Under the pieces are notes generated by a model. That model had not been told where the DNA came from. It searched no databases and was given only the letters and a program-made list of their open reading frames with translations. Shown one piece after another: positions 21,237 through 32,000 of a DNA stretch of 32,000 nt. The first letter of the stretch is position 1. Each line of letters starts with the position of its first letter. The stretch is from Pseudidiomarina andamanensis (GTDB taxonomy: Bacteria > Pseudomonadota > Gammaproteobacteria > Enterobacterales > Alteromonadaceae). The translations under genes were made by a program, and so were the position numbers. The stretch is from positions 1,440,001 to 1,472,000 of the forward strand of contig NZ_CP032551.1 in NCBI RefSeq assembly GCF_009734345.1. The letters run 5' to 3'.

Positions 21237-22526
21237 ATGAACGTACTGGTAATTGGCGGCGGTGGTCGCGAACACGCTTTAGCATGGAAAGCAGCGCAAT
21301 CAGATGCGGTGCAAACGGTTTTTGTTGCTCCAGGTAATGCAGGTACAGCAACTGAAGCTGGCATCGAAAACGTGGCTATTGCGGCAGATGATATCGACGG
21401 ATTGTTAGCCTTTGCGCAGGAAAAACAAATTGGCTTGACGATTGTCGGCCCTGAAGCGCCTCTTGTTCTGGGTGTCGTCGACAAATTTACTGCCGCTGGA
21501 TTATCAATTTTTGGCCCGACTCAAGCTGCAGCACAACTTGAAGGGTCAAAAGCGTTTAGCAAAGATTTTCTTGCACGTCACAATATTCCGACCGCCGCTT
21601 ATGGCACCTTTACCGATATTGCGGCCGCAAAAGAATATGTACGCCAGCAAGGCACACCCATTGTGATTAAGGCTGACGGATTAGCGGCCGGTAAAGGCGT
21701 GATTATTGCTGAGAACGAAAGCGATGCTTTCGCCGCCATTGACGATATGCTGGCTGGTAATCGTTTTGGCGAAGCTGGTAGCCGTGTGGTTATCGAAGAG
21801 TTTCTGGTAGGTGAAGAAGCCAGCTTCATCGTTATGGTCGACGGTAAAACGGCGTTACCGTTTGCTTCAAGCCAAGACCATAAGGCCCGAGATAACGGCG
21901 ATAAAGGCCCAAATACGGGCGGCATGGGCGCTTATTCACCAGCTCCAGTGGTTACCCCTGAAGTACATGACTGGGTAATGCAGTATGTGATCAAGCCTAC
22001 CGTAGAGGGTATGGCTGCCGAAGGGCATCCATATACAGGATTTTTATATGCTGGGTTAATGGTTGCCCCAGATGGCACTTCTAAAGTATTAGAATTTAAT
22101 TGCCGTTTTGGTGACCCAGAAACGCAGCCAATTATGATGCGCTTGCGTTCTGACCTTGTTGAACTGTGCAAGTCAGCATGTGCTGGCGATCTAGCGGGTA
22201 AAAACATTGATTTTGACCCGCGCGCGACGGTTGGCGTCGTGATGGCAGCCGGTGGCTACCCAGATAATTATGCAAAAGGCGATGTCATTAAAGGTATTAA
22301 AGCTGCCGAAGCAAACGGTGCAAAGGTGTTCCATGCGGGAACCAAGTACAATGACAAAAACGAGTTAGTCACCTCTGGTGGGCGCGTTTTATGTGTTACC
22401 GCTATTGGCGACAGTGTTACTGATGCCCAGCAACAAGCCTATGCAGCGCTTAGCAAAATAAGCTGGAACAATGCCTACTTCCGAACCGATATTGCACATC
22501 GAGCCATCGCTCGCGAACAAGCATAA
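21237..22526 (+). CDS. purD: Phosphoribosylamine--glycine ligase PurD, 429 aa
   Basis: MNVLVIGGGGREHALAWK.., VIKADGLAAGKGV, EFNCRFGDPETQ, and GGRVLCVTA. Confidence 0.96.
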   Translation: MNVLVIGGGGREHALAWKAAQSDAVQTVFVAPGNAGTATEAGIENVAIAADDIDGLLAFAQEKQIGLTIVGPEAPLVLGVVDKFTAAGLSIFGPTQAAAQLEGSKAFSKDFLARHNIPTAAYGTFTDIAAAKEYVRQQGTPIVIKADGLAAGKGVIIAENESDAFAAIDDMLAGNRFGEAGSRVVIEEFLVGEEASFIVMVDGKTALPFASSQDHKARDNGDKGPNTGGMGAYSPAPVVTPEVHDWVMQYVIKPTVEGMAAEGHPYTGFLYAGLMVAPDGTSKVLEFNCRFGDPETQPIMMRLRSDLVELCKSACAGDLAGKNIDFDPRATVGVVMAAGGYPDNYAKGDVIKGIKAAEANGAKVFHAGTKYNDKNELVTSGGRVLCVTAIGDSVTDAQQQAYAALSKISWNNAYFRTDIAHRAIAREQA

Positions 22527-22553
22527 AAAAAGCGCCGTGAAGGCGCTTTTTTT
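22525..22553. terminator. Bidirectional rho-independent terminator shared by the convergent purD and maoP genes
   Basis: AAAAAAA-AGCGCC-GTGAA-GGCGCT-TTTTTTT: a GC stem flanked by an A run and a T run. Confidence 0.85.
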
Positions 22554-22920
22554 AATCCTCAACGACTAAGTCGTCGTCATCACCACCACCGCTGATTTCG
22601 AAAGCTTCATCGGTGTAGCGACTGCGGCCGTACATACTGCCTACTTTTGGGCGATTAATACGGGCCTGATATTTCGACCACGCCTTTTCAACTGGTGAAT
22701 CAGCTGCTTTTTCGCCTCTAGCAACGGCTAATAATGACTGTTCTTCGGCTGATTCTGGTTCTAGTTCACCACTCATCAACGCCGCAATCAAACTGCCGTG
22801 TTTAGCTAACAGCTCACTTTCGCGAATTGAAAAATCGCCCGAACGAGCAAATCCGTACGGGTAGTTTTTGAAGTCGTTAAACGGCTTCTTGATTATTTGA
22901 TCACGGTTCATTGTTGCCAT
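22552..22920 (-). CDS. maoP: Macrodomain Ori protein MaoP (YifE, DUF413), 122 aa
   Basis: NYPYGFARSGDFSIRESELLAKHG and LLAVARGEK....VEKAWSKYQARINRPK are co-linear with remembered E. coli YifE, and the C-terminus is acidic. A GGAGGA SD precedes the ATG at 22920. Confidence 0.8.
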   Translation of the reverse strand: MATMNRDQIIKKPFNDFKNYPYGFARSGDFSIRESELLAKHGSLIAALMSGELEPESAEEQSLLAVARGEKAADSPVEKAWSKYQARINRPKVGSMYGRSRYTDEAFEISGGGDDDDLVVED

Positions 22921-22983
22921 TGTGTGCCCATCCTCCAGACCAACAACTACAGGTAAACGGTAACGCCTCTTTGCGTCACTGAC

Positions 22984-23012
22984 GATATAGAGGCGAAACC
23001 GCAAGTTGTCAA
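22984..23012 (-). promoter_or_regulatory. Candidate sigma70 promoter of maoP
   Basis: The minus strand reads TTGACA - 17 nt - TATATC, about 65 nt upstream of the maoP ATG. Confidence 0.5.
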
Positions 23013-23066
23013 CAATTTTCGAATTTTTTTACGTTTTTATTCCGAACAGATGTCACTAATGAACCG

Positions 23067-25259
23067 TTAGAATCGATAGTAAACTGAAGCGCCAATACTG
23101 CGTCCGGCTTCGGCTAAAACTGGCAACGACGGGTCATTTATTGGCATGCCGCTTACTCGAGCATGACGCCAGTAACGTTTGTCAGTGAGATTAAATACGC
23201 CTACTGTCACGTTTAAGTCAGGGGTGACATACCAGCGTGAAATCCAATCAAAAGTCGCATAACCAGGCGCTGAAAATAATGGATTATCGGCTTCATCAAC
23301 GAGCTCCCGCTGCCCTCGCACGGTAGTTAAAACCAGCCGTGTATCCCAGTTTTGTGCTTCATATTGAAGCTCGGCGATTAGTCGAGGTGGCGTTACGTCG
23401 GCAAGGTTTCGCCCACTTTCGCGATCTTCGCCACGGCTATATTCCGCACTGATTGCGCTCGACCATGCATCGGTCCACTGTTGCTCCCAGTTCGCTTCAA
23501 CGCCTTCAATCACAACCTTGTCGCGGTTAATTGATTGAAAGATTAGCAACTGGCGAGCCGGATCAAATCCCAAAGAAGCTCGGCTTTGAATAAAGTCACT
23601 GTAACGATTGTGATAGGCGGTAATTGACCACTGAGTATCACTATCGCGCCCTCGAAAACCGGTTTCAAAGGCGTAACCACGTTCGGCTTTTAGATCAGGG
23701 TTCGCAATAGCAAGCACGCGAAATTGAGGATAATACAAGCCAATATTTACATCTGAAAATGGTGGTGCTCGGTATCCACGTGCATACTGAGCAAACCACT
23801 CTGCATTGTCGCTAACCGACCAAATAATGCCTAATTTAGGTAGCCACGCATCGTGTGTTAAGTCAGTTACCTCTGAATCGGGATAACGTTCTACGAACAG
23901 AGCATCATCGCGTGTACGTAACTTATAGTGTTCATAGCGTATGCCAGGGCTTAACACGGGCCCCTCTTCCCACAATTCGAACTCATCGTGCAGGTAGACG
24001 CCTAACTCAGTCACACGACTTCGAGGAAAGTCACGAAGCGGAAAGGTTTCACCCAAGAGGGTTTTCGTTGTCGAGTTGGTAACTAGGTTGGTCTGTGAGG
24101 CATCACGTTGATCTTGAAGCGTCGAACTCATCAGTTCAAAACCATAACCGATACGATGACGAATACTCGCAAGTTGCGTGTCGGTTTCGAGATCGGCGCC
24201 AAGCCCTGTTGTTGTTTGCTCGAAATCAAATAGACGCTCGATATCGAGTGGCTCAGGTAGTAACATTCGTTGCTCAAACGAATCTTGTTCTATTTCGGTG
24301 CTTTGGTGATATAACCGCCAGCTTCCGCGGTCAATCCAACCCAGCGGATCGATGTTTAATTCGGCAAGTAATCGATACTGATTACGGCTATCATCGCCAA
24401 CCAAGCTGGTTGTTGCACTAAGTCGACCGGTACCAATAATTGACTGAATATCGGTATCTCGCGATTCATTCATCGCATCCAGCGTAAACTGCCATTCACC
24501 GAAGCCAGTGTCTGTTTCTGCACTAACTAACAGCGCCTGCTGACGACGATGTTGCTCATCTCGCATCGCATCAGTTAAATCAGCCGAGCGCACATCTTCA
24601 CCGTATTGAACGGCGCCAGCTAATAATAAACGCGTGCCGCCACTACCGAAAGCTGTGGCACCCATTAAATTGGCGCGATTACTATCAGAATTAAACCCTG
24701 TTTGAACGCGAGAGCCGCGCTTACTGTTTAGTAATACATCTTCTGCATCAAGCAGATGAACAGCAACCACACCACCTAAGGCTTTACTGCCATACATGGT
24801 CGATGCTGGCCCGCGTAAAATTTCAACTCGACTGGCTAAGCCTAGCTCGAGTAACCCTCGCCCCGTATCGGAATAGCTGCCGACCGCAAAATAATCTGCG
24901 ACGGGAACTTGGTCTATTACAACTGCGGTGCGGTTACCGGCAATACCACGTATACGAAAACCGCTGTTACCAAACCGGCTACTATCGTCATCGAGCTCTA
25001 CTCCTGGTTGATACCGCACTAAATCTGCAGCGTTAATGACAAGATCACGTTGTAAATCATCTTCGTTGATGATGGTTACCGTACCTGCAACCTCGGAAAG
25101 TTGGCGTGGTTGCCGATGGGCAACCACGGTTATCACTTCCATGTCAGCATCTTGCTGAGTTGTTACTGCTTCGTTCACTTCTTGTGGTAAAGCCAGTGTT
25201 AGCTGGGGCATGAAACCGAATACCCCAGCCACAACACCAGCAAGTGCTGTGTATTTCAC
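23067..25259 (-). CDS. TonB-dependent outer-membrane receptor, substrate unknown, 730 aa, GTG start
   Basis: Signal peptide; TonB-box-like MEVITVVA; plug motifs (VTIINEDDL, RYQPGV, FRIRGI.GNR..V.ID); long beta-barrel with GYRAPPF and NPDLKAE motifs; terminal ...YYRF. The start lies 2 nt after the nirS stop. Confidence 0.88.
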   Translation of the reverse strand: MKYTALAGVVAGVFGFMPQLTLALPQEVNEAVTTQQDADMEVITVVAHRQPRQLSEVAGTVTIINEDDLQRDLVINAADLVRYQPGVELDDDSSRFGNSGFRIRGIAGNRTAVVIDQVPVADYFAVGSYSDTGRGLLELGLASRVEILRGPASTMYGSKALGGVVAVHLLDAEDVLLNSKRGSRVQTGFNSDSNRANLMGATAFGSGGTRLLLAGAVQYGEDVRSADLTDAMRDEQHRRQQALLVSAETDTGFGEWQFTLDAMNESRDTDIQSIIGTGRLSATTSLVGDDSRNQYRLLAELNIDPLGWIDRGSWRLYHQSTEIEQDSFEQRMLLPEPLDIERLFDFEQTTTGLGADLETDTQLASIRHRIGYGFELMSSTLQDQRDASQTNLVTNSTTKTLLGETFPLRDFPRSRVTELGVYLHDEFELWEEGPVLSPGIRYEHYKLRTRDDALFVERYPDSEVTDLTHDAWLPKLGIIWSVSDNAEWFAQYARGYRAPPFSDVNIGLYYPQFRVLAIANPDLKAERGYAFETGFRGRDSDTQWSITAYHNRYSDFIQSRASLGFDPARQLLIFQSINRDKVVIEGVEANWEQQWTDAWSSAISAEYSRGEDRESGRNLADVTPPRLIAELQYEAQNWDTRLVLTTVRGQRELVDEADNPLFSAPGYATFDWISRWYVTPDLNVTVGVFNLTDKRYWRHARVSGMPINDPSLPVLAEAGRSIGASVYYRF

Positions 25260-25261
25260 GC

Positions 25262-27434
<2,173 letters not shown>

Positions 27435-27472
27435 CAAAGAGAGTGTGGTTACTGGGCATTCATGAGTACCTC

Positions 27473-28759
27473 CTAAGAGGTACGCACACGTAGCCCCCAG
27501 TCTTCCCAAGCTTGCTTTGCGAGTTGGTCACGAAATTGCGGTGCCGCGATACTAATCAGTGACTCGGCACGTTCGGTCAAACTTCTAGCCCGTAAATTGG
27601 CGACCCCAAACTCCGTCACAACATAGTGAACATGGGCGCGCGTCGTCACAACGCCTGCGCCTGGGTTAAGCATGCTACTAATTCGCGATACCGTGCCACC
27701 GCAAGCGGTTGCTGGTAGAGCAATCACCGAACGACCACCTTCAGATAGGCTAGCACCGCGCACAAAATCCATTTGCCCACCAACACCGGAGTAAATTTTC
27801 GTGCCCATGGAATCGGCACAAACCTGTCCGCTTAAATCAATTTGCAGCGCGCTGTTAATGGCCATGACTTGTTTGTTTTGACGAATCACTGAGGTGTCAT
27901 TGGTATATTCAACGTCAAGAAAGGCCACCAGCGGGTTGTCATCTACAAAGTCATACAGTTTCTGACTTCCCATCGCAAACGTCGTCACAATACGACCACG
28001 GTGTTTGCGCTTACGTGAGTTATTGATAACGCCACTTTCAACTAATGGCAGAACGCCATCTGAAAACATTTCGGTATGAATACCTAAGTCTTTATGGTTG
28101 CCCAAGCAACGTAAAGTTGCATCAGGAATCGCACCGATACCCATCTGTAAGCAATCACCGTCATTAATGAGGCTTGCTACTCGCTCGCCAATTTGCGTGG
28201 TAATTGCCGACTGCTTCGGCTGCGCATGCAATGGCATCGCTGCTTCATATTCAAAGTACCGATCAATCTGCTTTAACGAGATAAATGAGTCGCCGTGTGT
28301 TCGTGGCATGCACGGGTTAATCCAAGCAATGACTTTACGCGCAACTTGCAATGCCGCCCGCGTAGCTTCAACCGATATACCTAAACTGCAATTGCCATGC
28401 GCATCTGGCGGAGAAACCTGAATTAACACCGCATCAAGCGGTTGCTCGCCCGAGCGAAACAGTTTAGGAATTTCAGACAAAAACATCGGTACGTAATCTG
28501 CTAAGCCTTCATTGACCGCGGCACGGGTTGATTTACCGACAAAGAAAGCGCGTTGCCGTAGGTGACCTTTTAAACCCGGATTACTTAAAACTTCACTATG
28601 TTCGGTATGTAATTGCAACAAGGTTAAATTGCGACGAGATAGCGCCACTTCGGCGAGCCCTTCGAGCAATTTATATGGTGTTGCAGCCATTGATTGGCAC
28701 CAGATGACATCATTATCTTCAAGAATTTGTAACGCCTCTTGTGCATTTTGAACGAGCAT
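27473..28759 (-). CDS. Acetyl-CoA hydrolase/transferase family protein (4-hydroxybutyrate/succinate CoA-transferase-like), 428 aa
   Basis: The size and motifs LQMGIGAIPDA, HTEMFSDG, INSALQIDLSGQV.ADS.G....SGVGGQMDF.RGA fit the Cat1/Cat2/AbfT-type CoA-transferase family. Confidence 0.8.
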   Translation of the reverse strand: MLVQNAQEALQILEDNDVIWCQSMAATPYKLLEGLAEVALSRRNLTLLQLHTEHSEVLSNPGLKGHLRQRAFFVGKSTRAAVNEGLADYVPMFLSEIPKLFRSGEQPLDAVLIQVSPPDAHGNCSLGISVEATRAALQVARKVIAWINPCMPRTHGDSFISLKQIDRYFEYEAAMPLHAQPKQSAITTQIGERVASLINDGDCLQMGIGAIPDATLRCLGNHKDLGIHTEMFSDGVLPLVESGVINNSRKRKHRGRIVTTFAMGSQKLYDFVDDNPLVAFLDVEYTNDTSVIRQNKQVMAINSALQIDLSGQVCADSMGTKIYSGVGGQMDFVRGASLSEGGRSVIALPATACGGTVSRISSMLNPGAGVVTTRAHVHYVVTEFGVANLRARSLTERAESLISIAAPQFRDQLAKQAWEDWGLRVRTS

Positions 28760-28818
28760 AGTGATTCCTTTTCAGTTACATTTTAAACGTCATTCATCAA
28801 CGTAAGTTCAAACATAGT

Positions 28819-29190
28819 ATGAAAGTATTCGTTATGCTCGGTGCAATCAATATGGCGTTAGGGGTAATTCTTGGCGCATTTGGGGCACATGGTTTAGAGA
28901 AAATGATTAGCCCAGCAATGGTCGAAGTATTTCAAACGGGCGTTCAGTATCAGATTTATCATGCGCTCGGATTATTGATGGTTGCGGTACTCCTAATTCC
29001 ATACCCGAAGGCAACTGGGTTACGCACCGGTGGCTGGATTATGCTTGCCGGCATTATCTTGTTCTCCGGAAGCCTTTACATGCTGGCACTAACGGGTCTC
29101 AAATTTTTTGGTCCGGTCACGCCTATTGGCGGCGTTTGCTTTATTGTGGCGTGGATTTGGATTTTTTGGGCGATGCTCAAGGAGTTCTAA
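28819..29190 (+). CDS. DUF423 (YgdD-like) inner-membrane protein, 123 aa
   Basis: LGAFGAHGL, FSGSLYMLALTG and VTPIGGVCFIVAW are co-linear with remembered E. coli YgdD. Four TM helices. Confidence 0.8.
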   Translation: MKVFVMLGAINMALGVILGAFGAHGLEKMISPAMVEVFQTGVQYQIYHALGLLMVAVLLIPYPKATGLRTGGWIMLAGIILFSGSLYMLALTGLKFFGPVTPIGGVCFIVAWIWIFWAMLKEF

Positions 29191-29600
29191 TGAAAAAGTC
29201 GACACTTGTTGCTCTTAGTTTATTGATGATACCAACTGCTATTGCATGTAATATCCCGTGGCAAAAATGCTGGCATGGACAAACATTGCAGGGTCAACAG
29301 TGCACGGGCGAGGTTGTCTTATTGTCTGCCTTCGATGCGAAGCAAATGTTGCAAGACGACCCGAATTTGCGCTTGCCCACGCGTGTAGAGCTCGAGATGT
29401 TTTTTATGGGGAGTCATGTTGCTCCACTACGGGAGCATGCTCATAGAATTCAAAAGTTTCAAGTACTAACCAGCGACTTTATGCAGCATGGAAATGAGTT
29501 TTTAGCGACAACCGTGGACATTCGAAATGGTCGAGTAGAACTTATACCGTGGCGAGAGCCGACACTCGTCATTCTTCGTAAAACGAATACGTCTCCTTAG
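29190..29600 (+). CDS. Small secreted, possibly lipidated, protein of unknown function, 136 aa; possibly DUF1566-like
   Basis: An AAGGAG SD and a TAATG overlap with the DUF423 stop. Signal peptide MKKSTLVALSLLMIPTAIAC. Cys-containing WQKCW...QCTG and LRLPTRVELEMFF resemble the W-Q / WRLP..EL pattern of DUF1566 domains. The family call is weak. Confidence 0.45.
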   Translation: MKKSTLVALSLLMIPTAIACNIPWQKCWHGQTLQGQQCTGEVVLLSAFDAKQMLQDDPNLRLPTRVELEMFFMGSHVAPLREHAHRIQKFQVLTSDFMQHGNEFLATTVDIRNGRVELIPWREPTLVILRKTNTSP

Positions 29601-30826
29601 CTCAGGTCGCTTGTTTTCATAAATTCCGAGCGCTCCGGCAACCGCTGAACGACCAATGTAGAAAGCGCCAGCAATACCCCTGAAATAATCAAGCACGCCA
29701 ATAATCCATTTTGTTGGTAAACCCATCCGGACAACACTGTTCCTAGCAAGCGTCCAGCCGCATTCGCCATATAGTAAAAACCAACATCAAGAGACACACC
29801 GTCGGCTCGCGAGTACGAGACAATAAGATAACTGTGTAACGATGAGTTGATGGCGAATAGAAGACCAAACAGCGCTAAACCGCTAATTAAAGTTGGTGCA
29901 ACTGGCAATTCTTGCCACAGCGCTATGGCCAATAATAATGGGCTAAGTGTCAACAACGCACCCCACATCACCGCTTGATGCGACGTTCGGTTATTCGCTT
30001 TAGCTGTGGTAAGTTTTGGCGCAAAACCTTGCACCACGCCGTACCCAATCACCCACAAAGCAAGAAAGCTTCCAACTTGCCAATGATCCCAGTTGAGTTG
30101 GCTGGCGAGGAATACCGGAAGAGCTACCACAAACCATACATCACGAGCACCGAACAACAAAAATCTCGCTGCAGAAAGGATATTGATCGGGTGGCTTTTT
30201 GATAAAAGCTCGTTAAATTTCGGTTTGAATTTAGCTTTACCCGTGTCCTTTTTAAGAAATATCAAACTCGACAGCCAAACCACCGATAGCATGCACGCCA
30301 TGACTAAAACGGCACCAGCAAAACCTATCCAGGTGAGCAATACACCACCTAGAAAAAAGCCAATTCCTTTTAGCGTATTCTTCGAACCAGTTAATAATGC
30401 CACCCACTTGTACAACTGACCTTGAGCGGCTTCGGGCACCAGTAACTTAATGGTGCTTTTAGCGCTCATTTTGTTCAAATCTTTCGCTATTCCTGAAAGC
30501 GCTTGAGCGAACATAACCCAAATCACTGTAAGCCAATGACTGGGAACTAACAGCATGATTAAGGCAATAATTTGCAGCCCTAAACCAATATTCATGGTTC
30601 GGTTGAGCCCCCATCGGGCTCCCAAATACCCACCAACTAAATTCGTCACCACACCAAAAAACTCGTAAAACAAGAACAGCATGGCGACTTCAAGCGCGGA
30701 ATAGCCGAGTTGGTGGAAATGCAATACCACCAACATTCGCAACGCGCCATCAGTGAGAGTAAACGCCCAATAGTTGCCTGTTACCAACATGTATTGGCGA
30801 ATAGCGGGCGATAAACGAGCTAACAT
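29597..30826 (-). CDS. arsJ: Organoarsenical (1-arseno-3-phosphoglycerate) efflux MFS permease ArsJ, 409 aa
   Basis: A 12-TM MFS protein. The N-terminus [43 protein letters not shown] matches my recollection of the ArsJ family signature. Its ATG overlaps the last codons of the upstream gapdh (ATGTTAG). An ArsR-family gene lies upstream. Confidence 0.7.
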   Translation of the reverse strand: MLARLSPAIRQYMLVTGNYWAFTLTDGALRMLVVLHFHQLGYSALEVAMLFLFYEFFGVVTNLVGGYLGARWGLNRTMNIGLGLQIIALIMLLVPSHWLTVIWVMFAQALSGIAKDLNKMSAKSTIKLLVPEAAQGQLYKWVALLTGSKNTLKGIGFFLGGVLLTWIGFAGAVLVMACMLSVVWLSSLIFLKKDTGKAKFKPKFNELLSKSHPINILSAARFLLFGARDVWFVVALPVFLASQLNWDHWQVGSFLALWVIGYGVVQGFAPKLTTAKANNRTSHQAVMWGALLTLSPLLLAIALWQELPVAPTLISGLALFGLLFAINSSLHSYLIVSYSRADGVSLDVGFYYMANAAGRLLGTVLSGWVYQQNGLLACLIISGVLLALSTLVVQRLPERSEFMKTSDLS

Positions 30827-31821
30827 GAGCCAACTTTCTCCATGAGCTCGACAGTACGGTTGGCATAGCCCCACTCATTGTCATACCAAGCATAAAGTTT
30901 CACGTGAGTGCCATTAATCACTTTGGTTGAGAGTGCATCAATAATGCTCGAGCGCGGATCGGTTTTATAATCAATGGATACTAACGGGCGCTCTTCATAT
31001 CCAAGAATGTTTTTTAAGTCGCCCTGAGCTGCCGCATTCATCCAACCATTAACTTCCTCCACTGTCGTCGGCTTTTCAACTTCAAATACGCAATCGGTTA
31101 ACGATGCATTAGCTAATGGTACGCGCACCGCATGACCATCAATTTTGCCCTTAAGCTCTGGAAATATTTCGATAATGGCTGTCGCTGAACCGGTCGAGGT
31201 AGGAATGAGGCTCATCCCACAGGCGCGCGCACGGCGCAAATCTTTATGCGGCGCATCAAGAATGCTCTGGGTATTTGTTAAATCATGAATGGTGGTGATT
31301 GAGCCATGCTTGATACCGATCTTTTCTTGCAATACCTTAACGATCGGTGCAATGCAGTTGGTTGTGCACGAAGCCGCCGTAACGATGCGGTGCTGGTATG
31401 GGTCAAACAGTTGATCATTTACGCCCATCACAATATTTAAAGCGCCAGGCTCTTTTACGGGCGCCGATACCACCACCCGTTTAACGCCTTGCTGTAAATA
31501 GTCGTTCAGAACCGCAACGGTTTTCATTTTACCCGATGCTTCGAGTACTACAGCGCAATCGCCCCAGTTGTTCTCTGAAATTGTTTTGAAGCGGGTAAAA
31601 GGAATCGATTTTTCCTGAATCACCAGCGCCTCATCAGAAGCCGAAGCTTCTTGTTGCCAGCGCCCGTGTACAGAATCGAAATTGATTAAATGTGCGAATG
31701 TAGCCGCATCAGCGCCGGGATCGTTCACCCGCACTAGTTCAAATGCAGGGTTCTGTGCAATTAAGCGCAATGCTAGTCGACCAATTCTACCTAAACCGTT
31801 AATTCCTACTTTAATCGCCAT
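30820..31821 (-). CDS. ArsJ-associated glyceraldehyde-3-phosphate dehydrogenase, 333 aa
   Basis: [12 protein letters not shown]-binding motif, active site [10 protein letters not shown], and C-terminal [11 protein letters not shown]. Positioned between arsR and arsJ. Confidence 0.85.
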   Translation of the reverse strand: MAIKVGINGLGRIGRLALRLIAQNPAFELVRVNDPGADAATFAHLINFDSVHGRWQQEASASDEALVIQEKSIPFTRFKTISENNWGDCAVVLEASGKMKTVAVLNDYLQQGVKRVVVSAPVKEPGALNIVMGVNDQLFDPYQHRIVTAASCTTNCIAPIVKVLQEKIGIKHGSITTIHDLTNTQSILDAPHKDLRRARACGMSLIPTSTGSATAIIEIFPELKGKIDGHAVRVPLANASLTDCVFEVEKPTTVEEVNGWMNAAAQGDLKNILGYEERPLVSIDYKTDPRSSIIDALSTKVINGTHVKLYAWYDNEWGYANRTVELMEKVGSC

Positions 31822-31824
31822 AAA

Positions 31825-32000
31825 TTACTCCGTAGTATTCTTTGAAAGATTTCCAAGCTGCGGATTATGCGCCGCTGCTACTGCAATTGTTTGTCGCATC
31901 CAATCGGGTAACGCAGGATTCAATCGATAATGTACCCATCGATGATCCCTTCTATCCAGCAGCAAGCCGTATTCGCGCAATTGGGCCAAATGACGTGAAA
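31825..32000 (-). CDS. arsR: ArsR/SmtB-family transcriptional regulator, C-terminal 57 codons only (gene starts beyond the window)
   Basis: An open minus-strand frame, not in the ORF track because it is open at the window edge. It reads SRHLAQLREYGLLLDRRDHRWVHYRLNPALPDWMRQTIAVAAAHNPQLGNLSKNTTE*, the recognition-helix/wing pattern (S.HL..L...GL....R.G.W..Y.LN) of ArsR. The stop lies 3 nt before the gapdh ATG. Confidence 0.6.
   Translation of the reverse strand, partial: SRHLAQLREYGLLLDRRDHRWVHYRLNPALPDWMRQTIAVAAAHNPQLGNLSKNTTE

Noticed and set aside
21215-21484. 89-aa minus-strand ORF overlapping the purD start, and other antisense ORFs in purD, purH, accC and the TBDR
   Set aside because: They lie antisense to confidently assigned genes, and their composition is typical of shadow frames.

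Overview
This window looks like core chromosome from a marine gammaproteobacterium, possibly Alteromonadales-like (judged from the 16S sequence and gene order; low confidence on anything finer). On the minus strand, the left edge holds the promoter-proximal part of an rRNA operon. It runs from twin promoters through a boxA leader, 16S, tRNA-Ile(GAU), tRNA-Ala(UGC) and a spacer boxA to the 23S 5' end. The rest is tightly packed housekeeping:
- a secreted S8 subtilase with a PA domain, trmA, and a MerC-like membrane protein
- a complete EF-P beta-lysylation locus (epmA-efp, divergent from epmB)
- a DUF3016 gene and groES-groEL with a sigma32 promoter
- cutA-dsbD, aroQ-accB-accC-prmA, dusB-fis, and purH-(exported methyltransferase-fold gene)-purD
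- maoP

The right third is more accessory:
- a TonB-dependent receptor co-transcribed directly downstream of an elongated nirS (cytochrome cd1 nitrite reductase with an extra N-terminal cytochrome c domain), behind an FNR/DNR-type box
- an acetyl-CoA hydrolase/transferase family gene
- a translationally coupled DUF423 + small secreted protein pair
- an arsR-gapdh-arsJ arsenate-resistance operon running off the right edge

I found no CRISPR array, transposase, integrase, phage gene or recognisable defence gene. I see no clear-cut multi-gene novel system. The most unusual arrangement is the nirS-TonB receptor operon, which has no heme d1 biogenesis genes nearby. Secondary curiosities are a duplicated structured module after each spacer tRNA and the exported SAM-methyltransferase-fold gene wedged inside purHD. 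All protein family calls come from reading the translations against remembered family motifs. No searches were run.
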